The notes beneath the pieces were generated by a model, which worked only from the letters and a program-made list of their open reading frames with translations, did no database searches and was not told the origin of the DNA. This document shows, in pieces, positions 46,328-55,667 of a stretch of DNA of 64,000 bases. Position 1 is the stretch's first letter; every line of letters starts with the position of its first letter. The position numbers and the translations under genes were made by a program. The stretch is taken from positions 220,048 through 284,047 of the forward strand of contig DATJAY010000035.1 of NCBI GenBank assembly GCA_035515795.1, in the 5' to 3' direction. The DNA comes from Candidatus Acidiferrales bacterium (GTDB taxonomy: Bacteria > Bacteroidota > Ignavibacteria > Kryptoniales > JAKASW01).

Positions 46328-47115
46328 TTACTTGCGGGCGATAAAGAAAATTCTCTTGAACGGATAAAGTACTTTCCCGTTTTTTTGCACCGGATAAAGA
46401 TTGGCGCATTTCGCAAGGACTTCGCTCTCAAATTCATCACGGCTCGTTTCATCGGGAAGCCTTTCTAAGAACGGCCTCATCCCGGTTCATTTGTACCACT
46501 CCACTAGCTCCGCATGAGAATTCAACACATGATAGTAAATAGTTTCCCAAATATCCAGCTTCCTGGAGATTTGTACCATGATGTTATAATAATATTCGCT
46601 GTCATGGTAGGTTATTTGTTTTTCTGCTCCGGTTATGAAGGCGACCATTTCCAGCTTGAAGAGACTGTGAGCAATGCCTGATGCAACGGCGACCCGTTAT
46701 TCGCCGGAACCTGAACAGCCAGCGCGCCTCCATGATTCACATTTTCTAAAAGCCTCGGCAAGAGTGATCCATGGTCCGGCATCCACTGGATCGCCGCATT
46801 CGAAAACACGATGTCGAATTTTCCGTCGAAATTGAAATCTGTAGCATCGCCGATAAGCCACTCGTCGTCCGGGAAGTCCTCTTTGGCTTTCTTTATCATT
46901 TCGACCGAACTATCGTGGCCTGAAATTTTTGCGTTGGGCCATCTCTGACGGAGAACCTGAGTGCTGTTGCCCGAACCGCAACCGACGTCGATGATAGACT
47001 TCGGATTCCTTACGTCAATCCGTGCGGCGAGGTCTACAAATGGCTGCGTCCATTCGTCTGCAAATTTTAAATACTGATCAGGATTCCAGTTGGGCACGCT
47101 TACATAAAATTTCAA
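46328..47115 (-). pseudogene. tam: trans-aconitate 2-methyltransferase-like gene, disrupted (one frameshift and one in-frame TGA)
   Basis: N-terminal 160 aa are intact (WNPDQYLKF, DVGCGSGNST, FSNAAIQWMPDH, ALAVQVP). Homology continues in another frame (SEYYYNIMVQISRKLDIWETIYYHVLNSHAELVEWYK), then reads through TGA at 46487-46489 into TGMRPFLERLP...YPFKRIFFIARK. Collinear with the recalled E. coli Tam C-terminus. Confidence 0.75.
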
Positions 47116-47159
47116 GCTGTAAATTGCGCATTGATTTTATTCCAGTTGGAGTCCTTTTC

Positions 47160-47570
47160 CTATTGCCATCTTGCCGACGAGTATCTTCTCTTGATCTCCG
47201 GCGATTTATCCACAAATGTATCCAAACCGATCCGTTTGATGGTACAAAGGCTGAACACTTTCAAATTATGCGGCAAAATCCCGGCCCTGTTTGCCGCGGG
47301 ATCGAGTCTCTCGCAGGGGAACTTATCACAGTCAAAACAAAATTCCACTTTATTTTCAGAGGCGCACCCGTAAGTTTCACAGGCTCCTCCGATAACCGGG
47401 CAATTTCCTTTAACGGCCCTGCAGCCGTCGCAAGGCCTTTTGTCTTTCAGCATGCGCCGTTCAACCAGCCTGTTGAAGAGCTTATGGTTGTCCCTGCATG
47501 CATACGGTTCACATACTCCGCGGTCCATTCCGCAAGTTGCTACCGGATCATATCTCTCGTTCATCAACAT
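47160..47570 (-). CDS. Cys-rich DUF3795-like protein
   Basis: CGMDRGVCEPYAC..., CDGC..GNCP..GGCETYGC, CFDCDKFPC. The likely start is MLMNERY (47570); the ORF track starts at 47660. TAG stop. Confidence 0.55.
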   Translation of the reverse strand: MLMNERYDPVATCGMDRGVCEPYACRDNHKLFNRLVERRMLKDKRPCDGCRAVKGNCPVIGGACETYGCASENKVEFCFDCDKFPCERLDPAANRAGILPHNLKVFSLCTIKRIGLDTFVDKSPEIKRRYSSARWQ

Positions 47571-47666
47571 ATGAATTTGTCTTTGAAGTTTTTCCCGCTT
47601 AATCTTGATTTTCACTTTGCTTAAAACTCTGCATGAACTCAAGCATAATTTGCATTCCAAGATTTT

Positions 47667-48107
47667 TCAGTCGAGCTCTTCCAAAATTTTCGCCGCATCG
47701 CGAACGCACTGAGCACAAATCGTCTTCACCATGTTCTTTTCTTTGAACTCTTTCTGGCCTCCCTCGGTATTGAGGTCGATGCCCCCTAAGATTTCCTTGC
47801 ATACAATTGTGCCGTGAAGTTCACGGAAGCGGTCGGCAAACTTCCTGACGTCCTGGTACGTTTTTCCCACCGATTGTCTGTCTGCAGCATCCACGTTTCC
47901 GTACTTTGCACCTATGACCATAAACGCTCCGGTCACCGCGCCGCAGACATCCTGCATTCGTGCCATGCCCGCACCAAATCCGGTTCCGATCTTCATCGCC
48001 TGTTTCTCATCTATTCCATAGAGCGGTCCATAGGTGGAGAACACAGCCTGCGAGCAAAGATATCCACCTAAAAATGTTTCTACTGCTTTTTCTATTTTGT
48101 CTGACAT
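47667..48107 (-). CDS. C_GCAxxG_C_C-family putative redox protein
   Basis: GYLCSQAV, DVCGAVTGAFMVIG, CKEIL, CAQCV. This is the defining Cys/GCAxxG pattern. Confidence 0.8.
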   Translation of the reverse strand: MSDKIEKAVETFLGGYLCSQAVFSTYGPLYGIDEKQAMKIGTGFGAGMARMQDVCGAVTGAFMVIGAKYGNVDAADRQSVGKTYQDVRKFADRFRELHGTIVCKEILGGIDLNTEGGQKEFKEKNMVKTICAQCVRDAAKILEELD

Positions 48108-48205
48108 CGTTTGATCCTGATTTGTAGACCGATCAAAAGGGGAACGTTTTATTTTAATCTAAACGTGGCACAAATTCAAACGGAACGAGCATTGACCGCG
48201 ATCAT

Positions 48206-49138
48206 TTAACCCACTTTGCCGAAATATTTCAGGACCCGCAGTGCCCTCAATGTGTTCCACCGGCTTGGCTCCCCGGATTTCTCCATTTCGAAATGCGTGA
48301 AGCCCGGATGTCTCGCGCACTTCCATTGCCCCGCTTCACTCCTTCTTTCCAGGAGAGCATCGATGGCATCATTCATCCTTTTGTCATATTTCACTTCTGC
48401 CAGACGAAAATAATCGAGGGCTTTCAGAATATCGTAGCGCCAACGGCAGGGATAAGACAATCTTAAGAAATCAGACTTGATGATCCCGCCTGTTCGATGG
48501 GAGCGGAATAATTTATGCCGTAGAATGAACTCGTGTGAATCGTGCCGGACTTCGGGAAGCTCACTCAACCTGTATGTATAACCGTTTCTCTCGTATTCGA
48601 GAATTCCTTCGACAACGGAAAGCGTCGTGTGCAGAGAGCTGTGTACCGGTTTCTTCTCCTTCCTGTTGGAGTGACAATTGAAACCACCGTCAGGCATTTG
48701 CTCCGACAACAGGAAATCGACGATGGACTTCAGACGCTCTTCTTTAACTTGAAAATATGACGAGTAATCCAACGCCATCCCGTTCACACAGACGTCGCTG
48801 ACCTTTACCGACTTCAATGGATTCAATCCGCCGTCCGGCCCCTTTTCCTTCTCAAAAACCATCTTGAGGGTTTCCGAGATAGTCTTGTTGCCGGGCGAAA
48901 TACAAAGATACTTCAGGTCAAGGAGAGTATAATGGGTCGATGTCCATTTCGGCAGATAAAATGCTCCTCCCCAATGTCCGTTCGATTTACGGAACGAAAG
49001 AAACTTCGCTCCCCATCCTTCCCTCTCGATTCTTCTCCTGAGCTGCGGTTTATCAACGCCCCACAAATCTCTGTACGTCTGGTATTGTATCGACACATCG
49101 CCCTCAAGGAGCCATGATATGAGTTTGTCGTCTATCAT
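48206..49138 (-). CDS. Hypothetical protein with prenyltransferase/terpene-cyclase-like repeats (alpha/alpha toroid suspected)
   Basis: Repeats such as LLSEQMPDGGFNC and LLERRSEAGQWKC resemble toroid-repeat motifs. No family recognised with certainty. Confidence 0.45.
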   Translation of the reverse strand: MIDDKLISWLLEGDVSIQYQTYRDLWGVDKPQLRRRIEREGWGAKFLSFRKSNGHWGGAFYLPKWTSTHYTLLDLKYLCISPGNKTISETLKMVFEKEKGPDGGLNPLKSVKVSDVCVNGMALDYSSYFQVKEERLKSIVDFLLSEQMPDGGFNCHSNRKEKKPVHSSLHTTLSVVEGILEYERNGYTYRLSELPEVRHDSHEFILRHKLFRSHRTGGIIKSDFLRLSYPCRWRYDILKALDYFRLAEVKYDKRMNDAIDALLERRSEAGQWKCARHPGFTHFEMEKSGEPSRWNTLRALRVLKYFGKVG

Positions 49139-50740
49139 CTATGCTACGAGTAGTGTCTTGCCGTGCCTTCTGCGATAACGTCTTATAAACCAAATAACGA
49201 TTGCAGCAAAGGCGATTACTACAACGACAATTGCAGCGAGCGCAGCTTTTGCAATGAGCGCGAAGCCCCAGCTCACTCCGAAATTCATCGGTATGTATGA
49301 GTTCAACGACGTGTTCGGCACACCCTTGTCATAAAAACTCGTCAGGATGAGCCTGGTGTTTTCCACTTTAGCATACCATATATCGTTCACGTGACCGCAT
49401 TCGGAAAGAATAATCTGTCTGCAATTTTTCAAGTAGGGGAGCAGCTCATTCGTTGCAAATTCAGGTGGCGTGGAAAAATCTACGCTTCCGCTCAAAAGCA
49501 ATGTCTCTACATTGGATCGCTGTGCTTTCCGGAATTTCTCCGGCAAGTGCGTCATGGGCCAATGGCCATAGCTTAGTGGACCCCACAGCAGTTTGCCCAT
49601 CGGAGAACCAAGAGGCAAATCACGAGGCTCCATATCGGCGGAATAGTTTCGCGTGGAATCGAAATCCGCACCGACGGCTTTCGAAGCGAGATCGCCCCAT
49701 GTCACCAGCGAGGGCATGACATAATCATACGCGAGTGACATCAGGGCCAGTCCGCTTGGGTCTCCATGTTCTGCCGCGACGTACGCATCGAATGCCATTG
49801 CCGCGGTGCTGCGATGGAAGAGTAGAGCGAAGGTGACTACCTTCACTTTCCCGGGATTGATGGGAAAGACCAGCCAACGAGGCGGCATGTTGTTCAAAAT
49901 GTTTCGCATGGTTCTATAAAGATCAGGACTCTTTCCGGTCATTGTGGAATCCCATGACCACAGATTCGCGTAGCGTTTCAATTGTTCGTCAACCGTCTGC
50001 GGCTCCCAGACAAAATGCCCGGGAGGATTGACCCCGATCATGGCTGACCGGAATATACGTTCAGGATGTTTAAGTCCGTAGAGATATGCGACGCGGGTGC
50101 CGTAACTCTCGCTCAAGAGATCGATGCGGTCGTAGCCTAATGCCGTGCGAACAGATTCATTGTCTTCGATGCACTCGATCATCGAGTATCCATCGAGATC
50201 GACACCCTGCGCTTTCAAACGCTCTGCACCTGCACCCCATGCACGTCCGATCATCTTCATCGATTCTTCGCTCAATGGATCGCTGGCTTTCTTGAATGCT
50301 TCGGTAACATCCGGGCAGTCGAGTACAGTTGAGCCATCGACACCTCTGTACCCGACGAGTACGAAATCGTGTTCAGGAAGAAAAGTCCACGCTTTCCCCC
50401 GGTCCCATGACATATTGCTCTGACCGGGTCCACCGGCGAGGCCGAATATCGGCTCTGCAGGATTTCTTGAATGAGAGTGAATACGAAGAAAGGGTATGTT
50501 GATTAAGCGGGATGCGGGTCTGCTTCTGTTTTCCGATACAGTGATCGTTCCGAAATCTGCATCATACTTTTCGGATCCTATTTCAAAAAGCCTGGTTTCT
50601 TTGACAAAGCTTTCTGCTCTAGAATTTGGTGGTGCAACGGGGTAGCGCTTGCTCCCGTCGCTACATCCGAATCCGGAGACAATCATGGTCAAGAAAAAGG
50701 CAAACTCAATTATTCTTTTTATAAGGCGCCTCGGCAACAC
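49139..50740 (-). CDS. Membrane-anchored alpha/beta hydrolase (TAP/prolyl-aminopeptidase-like)
   Basis: Leader ..FAFFLTMIVSGFGC, GLAGGPGQS, GYRGVDGS, SESYGT nucleophile elbow, C-terminal TM plus RRYRRRH. The start is probably GTG/TTG at 50740/50737 (ORF open to 50860). TAG stop abuts the next ATG. Confidence 0.7.
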   Translation of the reverse strand: MLPRRLIKRIIEFAFFLTMIVSGFGCSDGSKRYPVAPPNSRAESFVKETRLFEIGSEKYDADFGTITVSENRSRPASRLINIPFLRIHSHSRNPAEPIFGLAGGPGQSNMSWDRGKAWTFLPEHDFVLVGYRGVDGSTVLDCPDVTEAFKKASDPLSEESMKMIGRAWGAGAERLKAQGVDLDGYSMIECIEDNESVRTALGYDRIDLLSESYGTRVAYLYGLKHPERIFRSAMIGVNPPGHFVWEPQTVDEQLKRYANLWSWDSTMTGKSPDLYRTMRNILNNMPPRWLVFPINPGKVKVVTFALLFHRSTAAMAFDAYVAAEHGDPSGLALMSLAYDYVMPSLVTWGDLASKAVGADFDSTRNYSADMEPRDLPLGSPMGKLLWGPLSYGHWPMTHLPEKFRKAQRSNVETLLLSGSVDFSTPPEFATNELLPYLKNCRQIILSECGHVNDIWYAKVENTRLILTSFYDKGVPNTSLNSYIPMNFGVSWGFALIAKAALAAIVVVVIAFAAIVIWFIRRYRRRHGKTLLVA

Positions 50741-50934
50741 GATAGGTACTCCTCTTATTAGAGATCTTATAGACTGGGGTGAGTCAATTTTAATTCCCTC
50801 GACTTCGGTCTTCCCACGCTTTGTTCCATCTATTTTAGACGAAACACCGAACAAATTCAAATCGAAGACCCGCTACGCAGCGCTGAGAAATAGTCCAGTC
50901 GGACATTTCCTGATCGCCGAGTCTGCGGGGTGCT

Positions 50935-52182
50935 TTATTTCCTTACCTGTCCGTTTCCCCGGACGACAAACTTCATGCTGGTCAGCTCGGCTAGCCCCAT
51001 CGGTCCACGCGCATGAAGCTTCTGCGTGCTGATTCCGATTTCTGCACCGAGTCCGAATTCAAATCCGTCTGTGAACCGAGTCGATGCGTTGACATAAACA
51101 GCCGCCGAGTCGACTTCCCGCAAAAATTTTTCGCCGTTCGATTTGCTGCCGGTAACGATCGCGTCCGAATGATGCGAGCCATAACGATTTATGTGCTCGA
51201 TCGCTTCGTCGAGGCCCTTCACCACCTTTATTCCGATAACGAGGTCTAGATATTCCCGGTACCAATCACCCTCGTTTGCCTGCACTGCATCATGGAGAAT
51301 GGCCCGAGCGTATCTGTCGCCTCGAAGCTCGACGTTTGCCGACCTCAGTTTTTCTGCTACGCGCGGGAGAAAAGTTTTCGCAATTCTTTCATGCACCAGT
51401 AATTTTTCTGCCGCGTTGCACACCGACGGCCGTTGCACCTTCGCATTCACGACAATTTCCTCGGCCTGCCTCAGGTTTGCAGAGCTGTCGACGTACACGT
51501 GGCAGTTCCCCTCGCCATGCGCGATGACGGGAATACTGGAATTCGCCTGGATGTATTTGATCAGCTGCTGACTGCCGCGCGGTATGATGATATCGAGGCA
51601 TCGATCTTGCTCGAGCATTTCCGCAACGGCTTTTCGATCAGTCGTATCTATGAACTCAACACAGCCAGCGGGAAGACCGACGCTCTTCAATGCCTTTTTG
51701 ATGATCTCGACCAGTTTCCTGTTGGTGCGGATTGCCTCGGAACCGCCGCGAAGGAGGACGGCGTTTCCCGCTTTCAGACAGAGCACCGACGCATCCACGG
51801 TGACATTTGGACGCGCTTCATAAATAATCCCGACTGCACCGAGCGGCACGCGCACCTTCTCAATCGTGAGTCCATTTGGACGTTTCGTTCGTTCCAAAAT
51901 TTCGCCGACGGGATCCGGCAGAGCTACAACATCGTGGACGCCGGCAATCATCTGGGCAATTCGCTTATCATTAAGCGTCAGCCGATCCAGAAGAACTTCC
52001 GATATTCCTGCTTTTTCAGCGGCAGCTAAATCCTTTTGATTGATTTTGCAGATCGCCTCCGTTTCGCGTTCAAGCTGCAATGCGATCGCATTCAGCAGGC
52101 CATTCTTTTCTGCAGTAGTCGCATTGTACAAAATGCCGCTCGCCTTTTTTACCGACTTGGCTTTCGTCTCTATCGTGGTCAT
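50935..52182 (-). CDS. proA: Glutamate-5-semialdehyde dehydrogenase (gamma-glutamyl phosphate reductase)
   Basis: 415 aa. GAVGIIYEARPNVT, VCNAAEKLLVH, NASTRFTDG. Confidence 0.9.
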   Translation of the reverse strand: MTTIETKAKSVKKASGILYNATTAEKNGLLNAIALQLERETEAICKINQKDLAAAEKAGISEVLLDRLTLNDKRIAQMIAGVHDVVALPDPVGEILERTKRPNGLTIEKVRVPLGAVGIIYEARPNVTVDASVLCLKAGNAVLLRGGSEAIRTNRKLVEIIKKALKSVGLPAGCVEFIDTTDRKAVAEMLEQDRCLDIIIPRGSQQLIKYIQANSSIPVIAHGEGNCHVYVDSSANLRQAEEIVVNAKVQRPSVCNAAEKLLVHERIAKTFLPRVAEKLRSANVELRGDRYARAILHDAVQANEGDWYREYLDLVIGIKVVKGLDEAIEHINRYGSHHSDAIVTGSKSNGEKFLREVDSAAVYVNASTRFTDGFEFGLGAEIGISTQKLHARGPMGLAELTSMKFVVRGNGQVRK

Positions 52183-52222
52183 TTCTTAAGAGCCCCTTTG
52201 TGATAATGATCCATTGCACCAC

Positions 52223-53356
52223 TCAGTCTTCAATCACCGCGAGATTATCCCTATGCACCACTTCGGCCGGCGCCTTTCGTCGCAGGATCGCTTCTATATC
52301 CGCGCTCTTCTTCCCTTTGATCTTCATAAGCTCTGCTGAAGAATATCCGGTCACTCCTTTTCCAATTTCATTCCCGTCCGTATCCAGGATCGATATTATG
52401 TCCTTCACATTGAAACTGCCGTAGATTTTAACTATGCCGGAGGGAAGAAGGCTCTTATTGAGTTTCAGCAAGGCGCTCTTCGCTCCCTCGTCGACCACTA
52501 TAGTTCCCGCAGTTGACGACACGAAACCTATCCACTGTTTCCGCATCGACAATTTCTTTTGCGCCGGCAGAAAAACCGTTCCGCGAAATTCCCCGGAGAA
52601 GATTTCATCGATGGCCTGCGGGTTTTTTCCGTTTGCTATAATCATGGCGATTCCCGATTTGACGCAGCGTTTCGCCGCTTGAATTTTCGTGATCATGCCT
52701 CCCGTGCTCAGATCGTTTTTATTTCTCTTTGCAAAGCGTTCGATCTCCGGAGTTATTTTTTCAACGATGCGAATCATTTCCGCATCATGGTTCAATGCGG
52801 GATCGTCGGAAAACAAGCCGTCAATGTCCGTCAGGACTATCATAATATTTGCTTCGACAAGAGTTGCGACCATGGCGGACAGATTATCGTTGTCGCCCAG
52901 TTTGATTTCTTCAACTGCGACCGTATCGTTTTCGTTGATGATCGGCACGACACCCTTGTCGAAAAGGACGGCGAAAGTATTCTTTGCATTCACATACCTG
53001 CTGCGGCTTATGAAGTCGTCCTTCGTGAGAAGAATTTGCGCGATAGCGAGGCGCTGTTTACGAAAAGCGTTTTCGTATGCTTCCATGAGGAGCGGCTGGC
53101 CGACGGCAGCGGTTGCCTGGCTTTCCGGAATGGATTTAGGACGACCCGAGAGTCTCATAGCAGCGACACCCGCACCAATTGCACCGGAAGTAACGATTGC
53201 GACATTCTTGCCGAGCGACCTGAGGTACGAAACGCTCTTTGCGATTGAATTGATCCGTTCGATATTGATACCGCGATCCTTTTCAGCAAGTAAGTTGGTT
53301 CCGATCTTGATAATAACGGTATTACGGTCTTGCAGAATATTTCTTAGTCGATGCAT
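52223..53356 (-). CDS. proB: Glutamate 5-kinase with PUA domain
   Basis: VIIKIGTN, VTSGAI, NENDTV, GDNDNLSA, TGGM, C-terminal PUA (GKGVTGYSSAEL). Start at MHRL (53356). Confidence 0.9.
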   Translation of the reverse strand: MHRLRNILQDRNTVIIKIGTNLLAEKDRGINIERINSIAKSVSYLRSLGKNVAIVTSGAIGAGVAAMRLSGRPKSIPESQATAAVGQPLLMEAYENAFRKQRLAIAQILLTKDDFISRSRYVNAKNTFAVLFDKGVVPIINENDTVAVEEIKLGDNDNLSAMVATLVEANIMIVLTDIDGLFSDDPALNHDAEMIRIVEKITPEIERFAKRNKNDLSTGGMITKIQAAKRCVKSGIAMIIANGKNPQAIDEIFSGEFRGTVFLPAQKKLSMRKQWIGFVSSTAGTIVVDEGAKSALLKLNKSLLPSGIVKIYGSFNVKDIISILDTDGNEIGKGVTGYSSAELMKIKGKKSADIEAILRRKAPAEVVHRDNLAVIED

Positions 53357-53419
53357 TGTCTTTTTGCTTTTTTGAAATATATAAGGAAATACCTCAAAAT
53401 TCATGCGGAGCGCAAAAAT

Positions 53420-54211
53420 TTATTCGGTCGACAGCTCTCTGTGAAGAACGCGAAAAAAGTTTTCGCTTCCTCTTTTCTCCTTCCGCGGATAGTGACCGCA
53501 ATCTTTAAGCAATATAAACCTGAAGTTTTTCAGGACCGCTTTCAGCGGCTCCTCCACCCCTCCGGCCGGATGAGGGTCATAGTCTCCGTGGATTGCTACG
53601 ACAGGACAACAAATCTCTCCTCCAAAATTCAGGAGTCTCCCGTCATGTCTAAGTCTCTCGGCTTCCGGCCAGACTGACTGAAATATCTCCGGTTGAAAGC
53701 GAAGATTTTCTCCTTCTGACTCGATCGGATCAAACGAATCTGTTTTCGACATCAATCCTTGAAACCTATTGAAGATCGACGAATCCACTCCTCCTTGAGC
53801 AGAATTGTTCATCAACCGCAGCGTCCTCTGCGCCTCGATCCGTTCAACGCCAGACAGACGACTCATCCTCAATTCGGTCACGCTGGTTCCTTCTTCAAAC
53901 GCACCTGCCCCGATGAGAATAAGTTTGCGCACATCGTCCCGGTGTCTCGCGGAAACCATAAATGACAGCCAGGCCCCCCATGAATGGCCGATTAAGAAAA
54001 CCGGCGAGCTGCAGTTTTCGTTCATAACCGAATGCAGTTCTTCGATTTGCCCGTCGACTGTTTGTGAAGTCTGAAATAGCTCGACGACTCCCCGCTTCTC
54101 CGACAGCTTCTTCGCAACGTAACCCATTCCACCCGGAGCGCCGGGCCCGCCATGGACGACTACGATCTAATAGGGCTTCTTGCCATGTTTGCGATAATTC
54201 AACTTGTTCAT
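53420..54211 (-). pseudogene. Alpha/beta hydrolase interrupted by an in-frame TAG at codon 15
   Basis: Reading from ATG 54211 gives MNKLNYRKHGKKPY-TAG(54167-54169)-IVVVHGGPGAPGGMGYVAKK... The HGGPG oxyanion motif lies between the TAG and the first downstream ATG (54127). GHSWG nucleophile elbow is downstream. Confidence 0.7.
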
Positions 54212-54587
54212 TTGAAGATGGTACAGCGGATTTTCATTCGACTCGCCGTGCTTAAAAATAAACCGATTCCTTGAAGATTCAAATTGATCTGTGACTCATT
54301 ATCCGACGAATGTGGCAGGATCCCAGCATGTAAGTGCAAACATTGCACATCGAAAAGCTTTTCCTGCACAGTCCCAAGTATTGTTAAGCTCAAATAACCT
54401 GTATTTGAATCTTTCTCATGGCACGCTTTATGACCTAATTTAAAAAATGGATCGAAGGGCGGTTCGTATTTGCACCATTTAGAATTTATACTTGGTCCTG
54501 GTCTGAGAATGTATAACCTTCGGCGAATGAGTTCTTTCAAGGAACTTGCGCTATGGAAAGGATTAACAAAATTTTTGGGAGGCTGAA

Positions 54588-55667
54588 ATGAAAAAGGTTC
54601 TAATTCTCGGATCAATTTTATTCGTATCGAATTCTCTGTTAGGTAATCCATTACCTGATCCGCATGCGACCATTTTAGAATTTAGATTCGATCCTGCTAA
54701 CAAATGGGAATTGGAAATAGGCACACCGGTATTGTACGCCAATTACTACGACAGCATCTGTATTTCGACATCGGGCGGGATAGCACGAGTAAAAATTGAC
54801 TCGACGGGATACGCGGCTTCAGTTTTAGTAATAACCCCTGATAGTCTTTTATCTCCCCTTTCCATTAATGATACCGGTGATTGCATTACGGTTTATTCAT
54901 ATATATCAAACAAGAGTTTTGGCGAAATATCGATGAAAGATACATTATCGTTCGGGAATTATCCTGGTTCAACGCTCGATTCAATACCGACAGGATACTC
55001 GATCTGCAGGTTCCATTTTTATTTTAATCCCGACAATAGCTATGACATTTTCTGTCTCAGGAAAAACTCTACTATCGGTGCTTCATATGATACCAGCGGT
55101 TGCTGTGCCACCATGACTGGAAACATGTACGATAAAAATAACAAAAAGATAACCGGTGGAGCTTTCACACTGGATTATCCGGTTACATTTAACGCGGAGA
55201 GCAGCTATTCGACAAGGGTACTCGCTCGAAAGTGTGCCATCTCCGGCATGTTTCAGGGAACAAGTGCTACCGGGTGGTACTGGTGGTGGACGGATACCGT
55301 GAGTATAGATGCGTACCCAGATTCTCTCATCCGAAGAGACCTTCATTTCACAGATCTCGTTGGAATAAAGGAGAGACCCGCACCATCCAATCACGACTTG
55401 TATGTCATCAATTATCCGAACCCGTTTAATCCGGCCACGAATTTCTATGTCAGAATACCGGATCAATTAAAGCGGAAGGAAGGGCGCATTGATATTTATA
55501 ATTCCATCGGTCAGAAAGTCTTTGTCGTTCCGCTGTCGAACGCTTCGACTTACGAGTGGAATGGCGTCGACATGAGCGGGAAAGCCGTTGCATCAGGAGT
55601 CTATTACTACCGGCTTGTATTTGACTATGCTGTTTCCAAAACCGGCTCGATGATTCTATTGAAATGA
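54588..55667 (+). CDS. Secreted protein of unknown function with T9SS C-terminal sorting domain
   Basis: SD GGGAGG and a signal peptide. The last ~90 aa (nt ~55395-55664) read INYPNPFNPATNFYVRIP...GVYYYRL...MILLK. Confidence 0.75.
   Translation: MKKVLILGSILFVSNSLLGNPLPDPHATILEFRFDPANKWELEIGTPVLYANYYDSICISTSGGIARVKIDSTGYAASVLVITPDSLLSPLSINDTGDCITVYSYISNKSFGEISMKDTLSFGNYPGSTLDSIPTGYSICRFHFYFNPDNSYDIFCLRKNSTIGASYDTSGCCATMTGNMYDKNNKKITGGAFTLDYPVTFNAESSYSTRVLARKCAISGMFQGTSATGWYWWWTDTVSIDAYPDSLIRRDLHFTDLVGIKERPAPSNHDLYVINYPNPFNPATNFYVRIPDQLKRKEGRIDIYNSIGQKVFVVPLSNASTYEWNGVDMSGKAVASGVYYYRLVFDYAVSKTGSMILLK

Noticed and set aside
47022-47624. 200-codon plus-strand ORF.
   Set aside because: It is antisense to the tam N-terminus and the DUF3795-like gene, and has no recognisable motifs.
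51433-53375. Long plus-strand ORFs (198, 229 and 228 codons) antisense to proA and proB.
   Set aside because: They are shadow ORFs of strongly supported minus-strand genes, with Arg/Ser-rich junk composition and no SD.
54208-54651. 147-codon minus-strand ORF.
   Set aside because: It overlaps the start of the T9SS cargo gene and the N-terminal exon-like piece of the interrupted hydrolase. No family motifs and no SD.
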